A stretch of DNA of 32,000 bases. Source: Gemmata obscuriglobus. Its GTDB lineage: Bacteria > Planctomycetota > Planctomycetia > Gemmatales > Gemmataceae. Of the stretch, positions 19,884-28,033 are shown in pieces. A program made the position numbers and the translations under genes. The stretch's first letter is position 1. Each line of letters starts with the position of its first letter. The notes under the pieces are model-generated. The model did not search any database. It had not been told where the DNA came from and was given only the letters and a program-made list of their open reading frames with translations. The DNA is taken from contig NZ_CP042911.1 of the NCBI RefSeq assembly GCF_008065095.1, forward strand, positions 1,020,001 through 1,052,000, written 5' to 3'.

Positions 19884-21662
19884 ATGCGGCCTAAACCACA
19901 CGAAGTTTCACCGCTGCGTTGCCGACTCGGTCTCGATCGCCTCGAAGAACGCGAGGTGCCCGCGTCGTTTACTCTCACGCCAGTAGTGCCCACGCTCACG
20001 GCGGCGATGACCGCTCGGTTGTCTGTGGTACTTCAGGACGGGCAGGGACGCGGAAATCACGCCAACGTGTTTACCCGCGCCGGCGACAGCATCACCTTCG
20101 CGAATGACTTTCTCGTCCCACTCGGCACCCCATCTGCCGCGACCGACTTATCTGGCGACGGGTCGCTTTCTGATACGCTCGCTTATTTTCGTTCCGGGAG
20201 CGTCGGGGTGAATAACTCGTTCACGAACCCGAGCCGGGCGGCGCGGGGCGGCTGGACCGCGGCGGACGTGCTTCAGAACCTTCCCGCCGAACTCACGGCG
20301 AGTCGGCCCGCGTTCGTGCTGATTATGGTTGGGACCAACGATATCGGTCTGGGCGTGCCGGCAGACACGTACCGTCAGAACCTGATCAAGATTGTCGAGA
20401 CGGCAGTCAGCGCGGGCGTTGTGCCGGTATTGAGCACCATTCCGGATATTCCACTGTATCCGACCGCCCAGGCCAACATCCCGACGTTCAATCAAATCGT
20501 TCAGGACGTTGGTGAAACGCTTCAGGTGCCCGTGTGGAACTACTGGCGCGCGCTTCAGCGGCTTCCCGGTTCTGGCATCAGCAGCGACGGGGTTCACCCG
20601 AGCGTCTCGCCGAACGGCGGGGGCGATCTGACCACGTCTGGTCTCGGTTTCGGTTACAACACGCGCAACGTTACCGCACTGCAAACCCTCGACAAGCTTC
20701 GCCGCGTGCTGCTGCTCGGTCAAGAGCCGGACTCGACGAGCCTGGGGGACGCGTGGCTGCCGCTCACGAGCGCGGTCACGCTTGGGACCGGTGACACCAA
20801 CGGGTTCCAGGTCCAATTGTTCGACACGCGCACCCGACGGACACTCGCGTTCGATGTGTTCGAGGGGTTTCGCGGGACCGTTCGGGTTTCGCTGGGCGAC
20901 GTGAACCGTGACGGCGTGCCGGATCTGGTCGCCGCTGCCGGTCCCGGAGGCACGCCGCACATCAAGGTGATTGATGGCAGGAACGGGACACTTCTCGCGA
21001 GCTTCTTTGCGTTCGATCCGACGTACCTGGGCGGGCTGAGCGTTGCCATCGGCGATGTGAACGGCGACGGCGCTGGCGACATTGTGGTGGGCACGGCCGC
21101 TGGCACCGATCACATCAAGACGTTTACCGCCGCAGGGCGTCTGATTAACAGCTTCGAGGCGTTTGAATTGGGGTTCGCGGGCGGGGTTCAGGTTGCGGCC
21201 TCTGACTTGAACCGTGATGGGTACGCGGACGTGGTTGTCGCGGCCGGGGCCGGGGGACACGGGCACGTGGTGGCGTATTCGGTCGCTACGAACCGCAAGC
21301 TCGCAAGTTTCTATGCGTTCGGGGCAGAGTACGGCGGATCGGTATCGATCGCGGCGGGCGATTTCGACGGCAGCGGCGAGGGGCAGGTCGCGGTCGGTAC
21401 GAGCGGCGGGACCGCGGCGTGTGTGATCGTGTACCGCCCGCTTACCACAGAGTGGATCTGCGGCTTCTTCGCTTACGGTGCGGGTTTCCAGGGCGGAGTG
21501 GGGTTGAGCGCGGTGACCCATTCCGGTGGAACGGAACTGTGGTCGGTGTCGAGCACTGCCGGGACCGCAGACGTGCGGCGGTTCGACATGCTCGGCACGA
21601 CGAAAGACCGGTTCATGCTGTACGAACCGGGCTACAGCCGTGGCGCGACGTTCGGCGGTTGA
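19884..21662 (+). CDS. SGNH/GDSL hydrolase domain fused to FG-GAP/VCBS-type repeats
   Basis: ORF 19881..21662 (ATG at 19884). SGNH blocks: TRAGDSITF (GDS), FVLIMVGTNDIG, SSDGVHPS (DxxH). These are followed by repeats GDVNRDGVPDLVAAAG, GDVNGDGAGDIVVGTA, SDLNRDGYADVVVAAG and GDFDGSGEGQVAVG. The antisense ORF 20148..21521 is a shadow. Confidence 0.8.
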   Translation: MRPKPHEVSPLRCRLGLDRLEEREVPASFTLTPVVPTLTAAMTARLSVVLQDGQGRGNHANVFTRAGDSITFANDFLVPLGTPSAATDLSGDGSLSDTLAYFRSGSVGVNNSFTNPSRAARGGWTAADVLQNLPAELTASRPAFVLIMVGTNDIGLGVPADTYRQNLIKIVETAVSAGVVPVLSTIPDIPLYPTAQANIPTFNQIVQDVGETLQVPVWNYWRALQRLPGSGISSDGVHPSVSPNGGGDLTTSGLGFGYNTRNVTALQTLDKLRRVLLLGQEPDSTSLGDAWLPLTSAVTLGTGDTNGFQVQLFDTRTRRTLAFDVFEGFRGTVRVSLGDVNRDGVPDLVAAAGPGGTPHIKVIDGRNGTLLASFFAFDPTYLGGLSVAIGDVNGDGAGDIVVGTAAGTDHIKTFTAAGRLINSFEAFELGFAGGVQVAASDLNRDGYADVVVAAGAGGHGHVVAYSVATNRKLASFYAFGAEYGGSVSIAAGDFDGSGEGQVAVGTSGGTAACVIVYRPLTTEWICGFFAYGAGFQGGVGLSAVTHSGGTELWSVSSTAGTADVRRFDMLGTTKDRFMLYEPGYSRGATFGG

Positions 21663-21907
21663 TAGCGGGTAGGGTGCTCATGTTCCATGTGAAGTTACGA
21701 CTGCCCGAAGCGTTCAAAGCGGATCAGACAATATCGATTGTGGCTTTTGGCTACCGGCGCAAACGATTCGGGCAGGACGGCATCTAGTAAGTCGCAAGTC
21801 GTTACCATTTAACCTCATGTGACACCGAATGACACTCCCTTGCGCTGGACCGGCCGCTCAGCCTGTTCCGTGATAAGCGACCTGTTGTCGGCTACTTCCT
21901 GTTCGGG

Positions 21908-22180
21908 TTGCTCGCACTGGTCGGTGGGTTGCACATCCGAACGTATTACCGCCTCGAACTCAACCGAGAACTATACGCCCCGGTCACCTCGCTGGTGCTG
22001 CTGGCGGTTGTTGCCGCGACACCGTCGCCGGACAGCATCCACACGCTCGCGGCGCTCACACTACTGTGGTTCGTCTTCGGCTGGTACGCGTACCGGCTGT
22101 ACCGGGTCGCCAGTCTCTGGCTGCTTGTCCATGCGGCGGTGCCGGTCCTGGTGCTGGTGCTGACCGAGGCGCGGAGCTAA
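21908..22180 (+). CDS. small hydrophobic (2-3 TM) protein, start uncertain
   Basis: 90-aa ORF (TTG start) with high GC3 and hydrophobic runs (VTSLVLLAVVAA, LTLLWFVFGWYAY, LWLLVHAAVPVLVLVL). The reading frame is open and coding-like back to 21833, but has no ATG/GTG/TTG there. Confidence 0.4.
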   Translation: MLALVGGLHIRTYYRLELNRELYAPVTSLVLLAVVAATPSPDSIHTLAALTLLWFVFGWYAYRLYRVASLWLLVHAAVPVLVLVLTEARS

Positions 22181-22506
22181 CGGACTGTGGCAGAAACTGG
22201 TCGTGACGTACTTCTTGTTGGCCGCCAACCTTGATTGCCTGCTAGTGACCGGTCGATTGGTACTTCCAGGCCCGGAAGATTTCGGGCACGAGCGCCGCAA
22301 GCAGCGTGGGAGATACGCTCCGCGTGTGATCTGGAAGCGAAATGATCGACCGCCGCCATTACCATGAGGCGATCTGGTCGCATCCAGAACCGGAGTCAGA
22401 GTTTAAGGCGCGAAAAGCAAACGCGGCGCTACGCTCACGGTGGTTCCCGTCACGTCGTCGAGCAGAATTACCTCTTCGTCACATCTGATCCCCGCGTGAG
22501 CTGCGG

Positions 22507-22535
22507 TTGACAGCACCAGTGGCTTTACTTAAAGA
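22507..22535 (+). promoter_or_regulatory. candidate sigma-70-type promoter for the PEP-CTERM gene
   Basis: Perfect TTGACA (22507-22512), 17-nt spacer, TAAAGA(T) (22530-22536), about 125 nt upstream of the ATG at 22663. Pattern match only. Confidence 0.3.
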
Positions 22536-22662
22536 TGCCGCCCGAACGAGCCGACGAGGGGTTCGCTTCCGGCAGGAGCTGGTCGCGTCCTCCCGGCCTA
22601 AGCGGTCCGAGAGGGTACGACCGCGTCGGACCGTCGAATCGCCTTTCACGGAGGGTTACCGC

Positions 22663-23295
22663 ATGATTCGTCGAACTTGGATCGCCCGCCTGTTCACCGC
22701 CGCCGTCGCGATTGTGGCCAGCGCCGGGACCGTTGACGCCGGGCTGCTGCCGGTGTCCGTTACCGTCCAACCCGAGGCCGGCAACTTCCGCTGGACCTAC
22801 TCGGTCGTCCTGCCCAGCGACATGAAGCTCCAGGCGGGCAGCTACTTCACCATCTACGACTTCGCCGGGTACGTGGCCGGGTCCGGGTCGGTGTCGGCGA
22901 CCGCCCCCGACGACACCTTCTCGCAGTACTGGACGGTCAGCACCACTGCGCTGGGGCCGACCCCGGACCGCCTGAACCCGCAGGACGATCCGAACATCTC
23001 GAACCTGACGTTCACCTACAACGGGCCGACCCTGCCGATCGGCGACCCGCAGCGCATGACGCTCGGGAACTTCGTCGCGACCTCGGCGTACAGCACCACC
23101 GCGGACAGCTTCTTCACGGCCACCAACCCGCGGCTGTCCAACGGCGAGATCGACAGCAACATCACCTCGACGCTGGTCCCGAAGGGCGGGGACGTGCCCC
23201 CTCCGACGGGCACCCCGGAGCCGACCACGCTGGTGCTGGCCGGTCTGGGGCTCCCGCTGATCGGGCTGCGCCGGGTGCTCCGCCGCCGGGCGTAA
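22663..23295 (+). CDS. PEP-CTERM sorting-domain secreted protein
   Basis: ORF 22507..23295; the ATG at 22663 is preceded by GGAGGG. The N-terminus MIRRTWIARLFTAAVAIVASAGTVDA is signal-peptide-like. The C-terminus PEPTTLVLAGLGLPLIGLRRVLRRRA has the PEP motif, a TM helix and an Arg cluster. Confidence 0.8.
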   Translation: MIRRTWIARLFTAAVAIVASAGTVDAGLLPVSVTVQPEAGNFRWTYSVVLPSDMKLQAGSYFTIYDFAGYVAGSGSVSATAPDDTFSQYWTVSTTALGPTPDRLNPQDDPNISNLTFTYNGPTLPIGDPQRMTLGNFVATSAYSTTADSFFTATNPRLSNGEIDSNITSTLVPKGGDVPPPTGTPEPTTLVLAGLGLPLIGLRRVLRRRA

Positions 23296-23298
23296 GTT

Positions 23299-23396
23299 CG
23301 AGTGGGAAGCCGTAAGGCTCGGGAGCCGTCCCGTCGAAGACCGCCACAGTGGGGTCTTCGACGGGGCGGCTCCCGGGCCTTACGGCTTCCCACTCG
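23299..23396. terminator. 44-bp-arm hairpin filling the gap between two convergent stop codons (candidate bidirectional terminator)
   Basis: Arms 23299-23342 and 23353-23396 with a 10-nt loop. There are 42 Watson-Crick pairs, and the 2 remaining positions are U-G wobbles on the + strand RNA. It begins 4 nt after the stop at 23295 and ends 4 nt before the stop codon at 23400-23402 of the minus gene. No clear U-tract. Confidence 0.7.
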
Positions 23397-23399
23397 TTC

Positions 23400-24509
23400 T
23401 CACACCAGAATTTCCGCCTCCGGGAACCGGTCCTGTAACGCGGCCCGCTGTCCGCTGGTGAGGCCGTTCTCGCGCAAGTCGAGGTGGTACAACTTCACCC
23501 GCGGGTCGGCGTTCACCAGGGTGTGAACGGCGTCGGCCCGGAGCCCGTTCCGCGCCAGCCCGAGCCACCGTAGCGGGGGCGTGGTCCGGCGCCGCCCCAA
23601 TTCGGCCACGATCTCGCGCACCCCGTTGTCGCCGACCTGCTGGCCTTCCAGGTCGAGCAGCCGGAGCCGCTCCCACGGGAACGTGAACCCCAGATCGAGG
23701 TACGAGAGCGGCCCCGGGCCGGTCTGCGGCCGCCACCCGAGCCGCAACTCCTCGACCCACCGCACGCACCGGCTCGCGAGCGCCTTTTGCACCTCGTCGG
23801 ACTTGAACGGGATGTAACTCAGGTCCAGCTTGGTGAACCGCCGGTGGTCGGCGCGCGGCAGCGACTCGGACAGCACCCGCGACAGGTTCGGGATGTCGGC
23901 CAGGTCGAGCGCCCGCAGGGCCGGCAGCGCGGGGCCGGCCAGGAACGCCCGGAGCCATTGCACCGGCACCGGGGTACTGCGGAAGTTGAGGTCCGTCAGC
24001 GCGCCGAGCTGCGGGCACCCGGCGAGCGGCTCGAAGTAGTCCACGCCGTGACCCAATTTGCTGAAATCGAGCCGGGTCACTCGCGTCAGTTGAGGGGCAT
24101 CGAACAACGAGTTGAGCGGGGCGTGCGCGACGGTGAGCGCGAACCGCACGACCTGAACCGAGCGGACCGGCTCGGCCGCGAACAGCGCCGCGGCGTCGCG
24201 CCCGAACGTGGCTGCGTCCAGGGCCACGTGTTCAACGAAGCCGCGCACGAACTGCCACCCGATGGCCCGCTTCAACAGGTGCCGGGTCCACGTCCCGCGG
24301 TGCCGTTCGAGCAGGTGCTGAGCGGCGGTCTCACATTCGCGAGCCTGCGGCGAGTACGGCTCGGCGTGCGCCCCCTCGACCTGAAGCCGCACGAACTGAC
24401 CGCGATCGGGGTCGCCGTTTTCCTGGAGCCAGTCGGCGTACATGAGACGCGGCGTGTCCTCTTCGGGGTGCTCGAGCACGGCGGCAAGGAGGGAATCGCG
24501 GTCATTCAT
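23400..24509 (-). CDS. TIGR02996 N-terminal domain + RNI-like leucine-rich-repeat protein
   Basis: ORF 23400..24548; the internal ATG at 24509 gives MNDRDSLLAAVLEHPEEDTPRLMYADWLQENGDPDRGQFVRLQVE (TIGR02996 pattern). The C-terminal half has LRRs (LRLLDLEGQQVGDNGVREIV, LRWLGLARNGLRADAVHTLV, LYHLDLRENGLTSGQRAAL). Confidence 0.8.
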   Translation of the reverse strand: MNDRDSLLAAVLEHPEEDTPRLMYADWLQENGDPDRGQFVRLQVEGAHAEPYSPQARECETAAQHLLERHRGTWTRHLLKRAIGWQFVRGFVEHVALDAATFGRDAAALFAAEPVRSVQVVRFALTVAHAPLNSLFDAPQLTRVTRLDFSKLGHGVDYFEPLAGCPQLGALTDLNFRSTPVPVQWLRAFLAGPALPALRALDLADIPNLSRVLSESLPRADHRRFTKLDLSYIPFKSDEVQKALASRCVRWVEELRLGWRPQTGPGPLSYLDLGFTFPWERLRLLDLEGQQVGDNGVREIVAELGRRRTTPPLRWLGLARNGLRADAVHTLVNADPRVKLYHLDLRENGLTSGQRAALQDRFPEAEILV

Positions 24510-25275
24510 CGGTCGTTCCCCTCGGACACGCACCCCACCCCCAGCCAAGCCGTCACATTTGCGCCGGAGAACGCATACGGATTATGTGGCGGTTCGCCGG
24601 ACGCGGACTGAAATTTCGTGCGAATGACGGGGGCGAAATATCAGTTTCAGCCGAAAGTCGTTTCTCCACGGCCCGCTGACATAAGCGTGTGAGCCGTTGC
24701 GTTAAAATTCACACGGCGAGCTATCTGCGGCGTTAACAGACTCGCAATAGGGGGCAAATCACCAGAGTCGGGTACTCGTTGACGCCAGCGTCTGCCCCTG
24801 ATGATCTGGTTGAGTTAAATGGGAACTATGGCCATTTCAATAGTTGCGATCGTGCCTCAATGTGTCTTGTAATCGGACTGCGCTGGCGTCTCCGACAACG
24901 GAAATGATAAACGCAAGCATAAAGCCCCTCCAGAAAATATCGTGGGCCTCATTCTCGATGTGCTGTTGGTGAGCAGGATGGTTGCGTACAAAATGCTCAG
25001 ATCTGCCGCCGTTACTTGCGGAAATTCAGCGATTTGAGAAGACGGTGTATGCCAGTGCCTAAAAAAAGGGCACCGCGAAACCTTTGCCAATAAGCCCTTT
25101 TCTGAACCGTCCGTGAATTCTGAAAGGTCATGGCGCGATTGCTGCATTTAGCAGTAGTCCAAACTCGTCCATGTCGGTTCGCCCCGATCGCCCTGTCCTC
25201 TCCCAACTAAAAGTTGCCCGCACCGCCTTGGACGGTGGTGTACCCCTTTTGGCTCTACCTTTGGAAAGGCCACTA

Positions 25276-26175
25276 ATGTCGGCTCGTCGTTCGCGTAACG
25301 GTTTCACGCTGATCGAGTTGCTGGTGGTGATCGCGATCATCGCGATCCTCATCGGGCTCCTGCTCCCGGCCGTCCAGAAGGTGCGCGAGGCCGCCGCCCG
25401 GATGAGCAGTCAGAACAACCTCAAGCAGATGGGCCTCGCGATGCACAACCTCGCAGGCGTCCAGAACGATCAGTTCTGCTCCGGCTGGGGCGGCACCCGC
25501 GCGACGACCACGACCGCGGACCCGGTGCGGCCGTGGACGTGGCACATCCTGCCGTACATCGAGCAAGAGAACATCTCGAAGGCTGCGAGTCCGCCGCTGA
25601 CGACCGTCATTAAGACATTCAACGCCCCGAACGACGCCTCGTTCGTCAGCGGCCAACCCCTGACCAGTTACGCCGGTAACGCCCTTGTCCTCGGTATCGC
25701 GAGTCCGACGGCTAGCACGTTTCCGGCTCTTGGGACAACCGGGGTTACTGCCAAACTGGTGAACTTGAACTCCATCACCGACGGTACGTCGAATACCCTT
25801 CTGTTCGCCGAGCGTTATGCGACGACTACTCTCCCGACTACCGCCTCAACAGTGATCTACGCTGGCGTCGCTGATGCGTCTGCGCAGGTCGCCATCGAGT
25901 ACATCGCCGCTCAGCACCCGTGGTACGGTACCCGTCCGTCGCACGTGCTATTCGCGCCGAAGTATTTCGCGACTCCGGCCGCACCGTATCCGTTCCAGTC
26001 AAAGCCGGCGAACAACGCCGCCAGTGACTTGGTTCCGCACGGCATGTCCTCCGGCACGATGAGCGTCGCGATGTGCGATGGCAGCGTGCGTGGCGTGTCG
26101 GCCAGCGTCATTAACTCGACCTGGATTCTGGTGTGTGATCCGAGCGACAACTTCCCGATTCCGTCGAACTGGTAG
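25276..26175 (+). CDS. DUF1559 family protein with prepilin-type N-terminal cleavage/methylation domain (second paralog)
   Basis: ORF 25171..26175; the ATG at 25276 gives [61 protein letters not shown]. The C-terminal [21 protein letters not shown] is a longer-spaced variant of the H-X9-DG motif. Confidence 0.85.
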   Translation: MSARRSRNGFTLIELLVVIAIIAILIGLLLPAVQKVREAAARMSSQNNLKQMGLAMHNLAGVQNDQFCSGWGGTRATTTTADPVRPWTWHILPYIEQENISKAASPPLTTVIKTFNAPNDASFVSGQPLTSYAGNALVLGIASPTASTFPALGTTGVTAKLVNLNSITDGTSNTLLFAERYATTTLPTTASTVIYAGVADASAQVAIEYIAAQHPWYGTRPSHVLFAPKYFATPAAPYPFQSKPANNAASDLVPHGMSSGTMSVAMCDGSVRGVSASVINSTWILVCDPSDNFPIPSNW

Positions 26176-26182
26176 TGCTCCC

Positions 26183-26210
26183 GTGCCGCGGCCCATCAGG
26201 GCCGCGGCGC
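26183..26210 (+). terminator. GC-rich hairpin right after the DUF1559 stop (candidate terminator without U-tract)
   Basis: GCCGCGGCCC (26185-26194), loop ATCA, GGGCCGCGGC (26199-26208), extendable by 2 pairs. It lies 8 nt after the TAG at 26173-26175. Confidence 0.4.
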
Positions 26211-26372
26211 TACTTCACGTCCAGAACGTAAATGTCGCTCCCGCCGTCGCGGGCGGATACGAACGGCGGTCGGTGTTCCTTGGGCGAACCCGCGTAAGAG
26301 CAGCAACACACTGGGCCGGCGGGCGCCGGGTGCCGTGCAACGGGGGCGGGGTAAATGCGTTGAACACGCGCC

Positions 26373-26424
26373 TGGTGCCCGTGGGCGCACCGGTAATACA
26401 GGACCGGTGCGCCAACGGGCACCA
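26373..26424. repeat. 22-bp-arm inverted repeat between convergent DUF1559 and purM genes
   Basis: 26373-26394 pairs with 26403-26424, with one G-A mismatch and an 8-nt loop AATACAGG. Confidence 0.6.
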
Positions 26425-26572
26425 AGCGCGTTCCCAGAGGCGATTGCGTGGCCGGGCGTTACCGTTCGACTTCCGACCGTTCGCCACGCGCGGCGGGCCG
26501 GTACGCAAGGGGCACACTTGTGCCCCGCGGCTGAACGGGACGCCACCAAACCGCACCCGCAATCCAGTAGGA

Positions 26573-27646
26573 TTAGTGCATTTCCACGCCCACCGCGCCG
26601 TCTTGCACCGCGCCAATGTGCCACGCCGGAACGCCGTCGGCGGCGAGCTGCTGAACGATTCCGTCGGCCGCGGCCGGGGCACAGATCACAACGAACCCCA
26701 CGCCCATGTTGAACACCCGGAACATTTCGGCGTCGGCCACGTTCCCGCACTTCTGGAGCCACCCGAACACCGGCGGCACGCTCCAGGCGCTCCGCGCGAT
26801 GTGAACCCGTTTGTCCGGCGGGAGGATGCGGCCGACGTTGTCGGGCAGCCCGCCGCCGGTGATGTTGGCCAGCCCGTGAACCGCGTCGCCGAACGCCCCG
26901 AGCACGCGGCGAACCGGCTTCACGTACAGGCGCGTCGGGGTGAGCAGTTCTTCACCCACCGTTTTCCCGAGTTCGGGCACGCGGTCGGCCACGGTCAGGC
27001 CCGCGGCTTCGAACGCCACCTTGCGGACGAGGCTGTAGCCGTTGGAGTGAACGCCGCTCGACGCCAGCCCGATCACCGCGTCGCCGCTCTGGATCTTGCG
27101 GCCGTCGATGAGTTGGTCGCGCTCCACCACGCCCGCCGCGAACCCTGCGAGGTCGAAATCGCCCGGCGCGTAGAAGTCGGGGAGGATGGCGGTCTCGCCG
27201 CCGACCAGCGCGCAGCCCGATTCGAGACAGCCGTCGGCGATGCCTTTCACGAGTTCCGCGGTTAGCGCGGGGTCGTCCTTGGGCATCGCCAGATAGTCGA
27301 GGAAGCTGAGCGGCTCGCCGCCGGTGCAGATCAGGTCGTTCACGGACATGGCGACCAGGTCGATGCCGACCGTGTCGAACTTGCCCACCAGTTGCGCGAT
27401 CTTGAGTTTACTCCCGACGCCGTCGGTACAGGTGACCAGCACGGGGTTCGTGTACCGGCCCGCGGCCGAGAGGTCGAACAGGCTGGCGAACCCGCCCACG
27501 CCCTTGCCGCCCTTGCGCGGTGGGAACGGCGGCGGGATCACCCCCGGGCGCTGCGTGCGTGCGACGTGAACCTGGATGCCGGAGATGGTCTGCTCGTACT
27601 TTTCGAGGTCCAACCCGGCTTTCTTGTAGTCGTACTGCTCAGGCAT
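26573..27646 (-). CDS. purM: phosphoribosylformylglycinamidine cyclo-ligase (AIR synthetase)
   Basis: 357-aa ORF: MPEQYDYKKAGLDLEKYEQ..., GGFASLFDL, PVLVTCTDGVGSKLKIAQ, DTVGIDLVAMSVNDLICTGGEPLSFLDYLA, GCALVGGETAILPDFY, GLASSGVHSNGYSLVRK. These are canonical PurM blocks. AAGGGG lies 8 nt upstream of the ATG. Confidence 0.95.
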   Translation of the reverse strand: MPEQYDYKKAGLDLEKYEQTISGIQVHVARTQRPGVIPPPFPPRKGGKGVGGFASLFDLSAAGRYTNPVLVTCTDGVGSKLKIAQLVGKFDTVGIDLVAMSVNDLICTGGEPLSFLDYLAMPKDDPALTAELVKGIADGCLESGCALVGGETAILPDFYAPGDFDLAGFAAGVVERDQLIDGRKIQSGDAVIGLASSGVHSNGYSLVRKVAFEAAGLTVADRVPELGKTVGEELLTPTRLYVKPVRRVLGAFGDAVHGLANITGGGLPDNVGRILPPDKRVHIARSAWSVPPVFGWLQKCGNVADAEMFRVFNMGVGFVVICAPAAADGIVQQLAADGVPAWHIGAVQDGAVGVEMH

Positions 27647-27799
27647 CGCAAACCCCTTCGGCCGTTGATCCGCGCCCCGGCTCGCGCGGGTACCGGGTCA
27701 CCCGCCCGCGACGAGGCCGCTACCCCTTCGGGGCTGAAGAGTTCTTCTTATACGTTTTGCTGGGGCTAAGCAGGCGGTCGTGGTTGCGCTGCACTTTTG

Positions 27800-27859
27800 A
27801 CGAGCCGCGACCGCCAGGGAGCGGAATACGTATCCCGCTCCCTGGCGGTCGCGGCTCGT
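27800..27859. repeat. 60-bp near-perfect palindrome in the purM / MBOAT divergent intergenic region
   Basis: Centre of symmetry between 27829 and 27830 (ATAC|GTAT). All 30 position pairs are complementary except 27825/27834 (A/C). The perfect 25-bp arms are 27800-27824 and 27835-27859. Confidence 0.8.
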
Positions 27860-28033
27860 TCCCGAACGTTACAAACATCCCCGACTCCGTGTTCAGGAGC
27901 CGCCGGGCGCCCGATTCGTGCCGGTTCGGAACCCGGGGTTGACCCGTTTCTCATCAACCGGCTAGACTCCCCGCCCTTAGCGGTGGTTGCGCCCATAACC
28001 GCCGCGCAGAGACGCAACCAAGGACGGTTGGGA

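Noticed and set aside
23016-23526. Two ORFs both starting MGSRKAREP... on opposite strands
   Set aside because: They are translation artefacts of the 44-bp-arm palindrome at 23299-23396. Both also overlap well-supported genes.
24857-25206. 96-aa and 64-aa minus-strand ORFs in the AT-richer gap
   Set aside because: Low GC3 relative to real genes here, odd composition, no motif and no ribosome-binding context. Treated as non-coding.
26210-26425. 71-aa minus-strand ORF between DUF1559 and purM as a small gene
   Set aside because: Its N-terminal part is encoded by the 22-bp-arm inverted repeat, which yields mirror peptides on both strands. It has no motif, and its start and context are unconvincing.
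27647-27860. ZTP (pfl) or purine riboswitch in the purM leader, prompted by CCGCC(A/T)GGG-like strings
   Set aside because: Read on the purM sense strand, the elements are in the wrong order and the conserved GGGUCGUGACUGGCG-type 5' subdomain is absent. The CCGCCAGGG strings are just the arms of the 60-bp palindrome.
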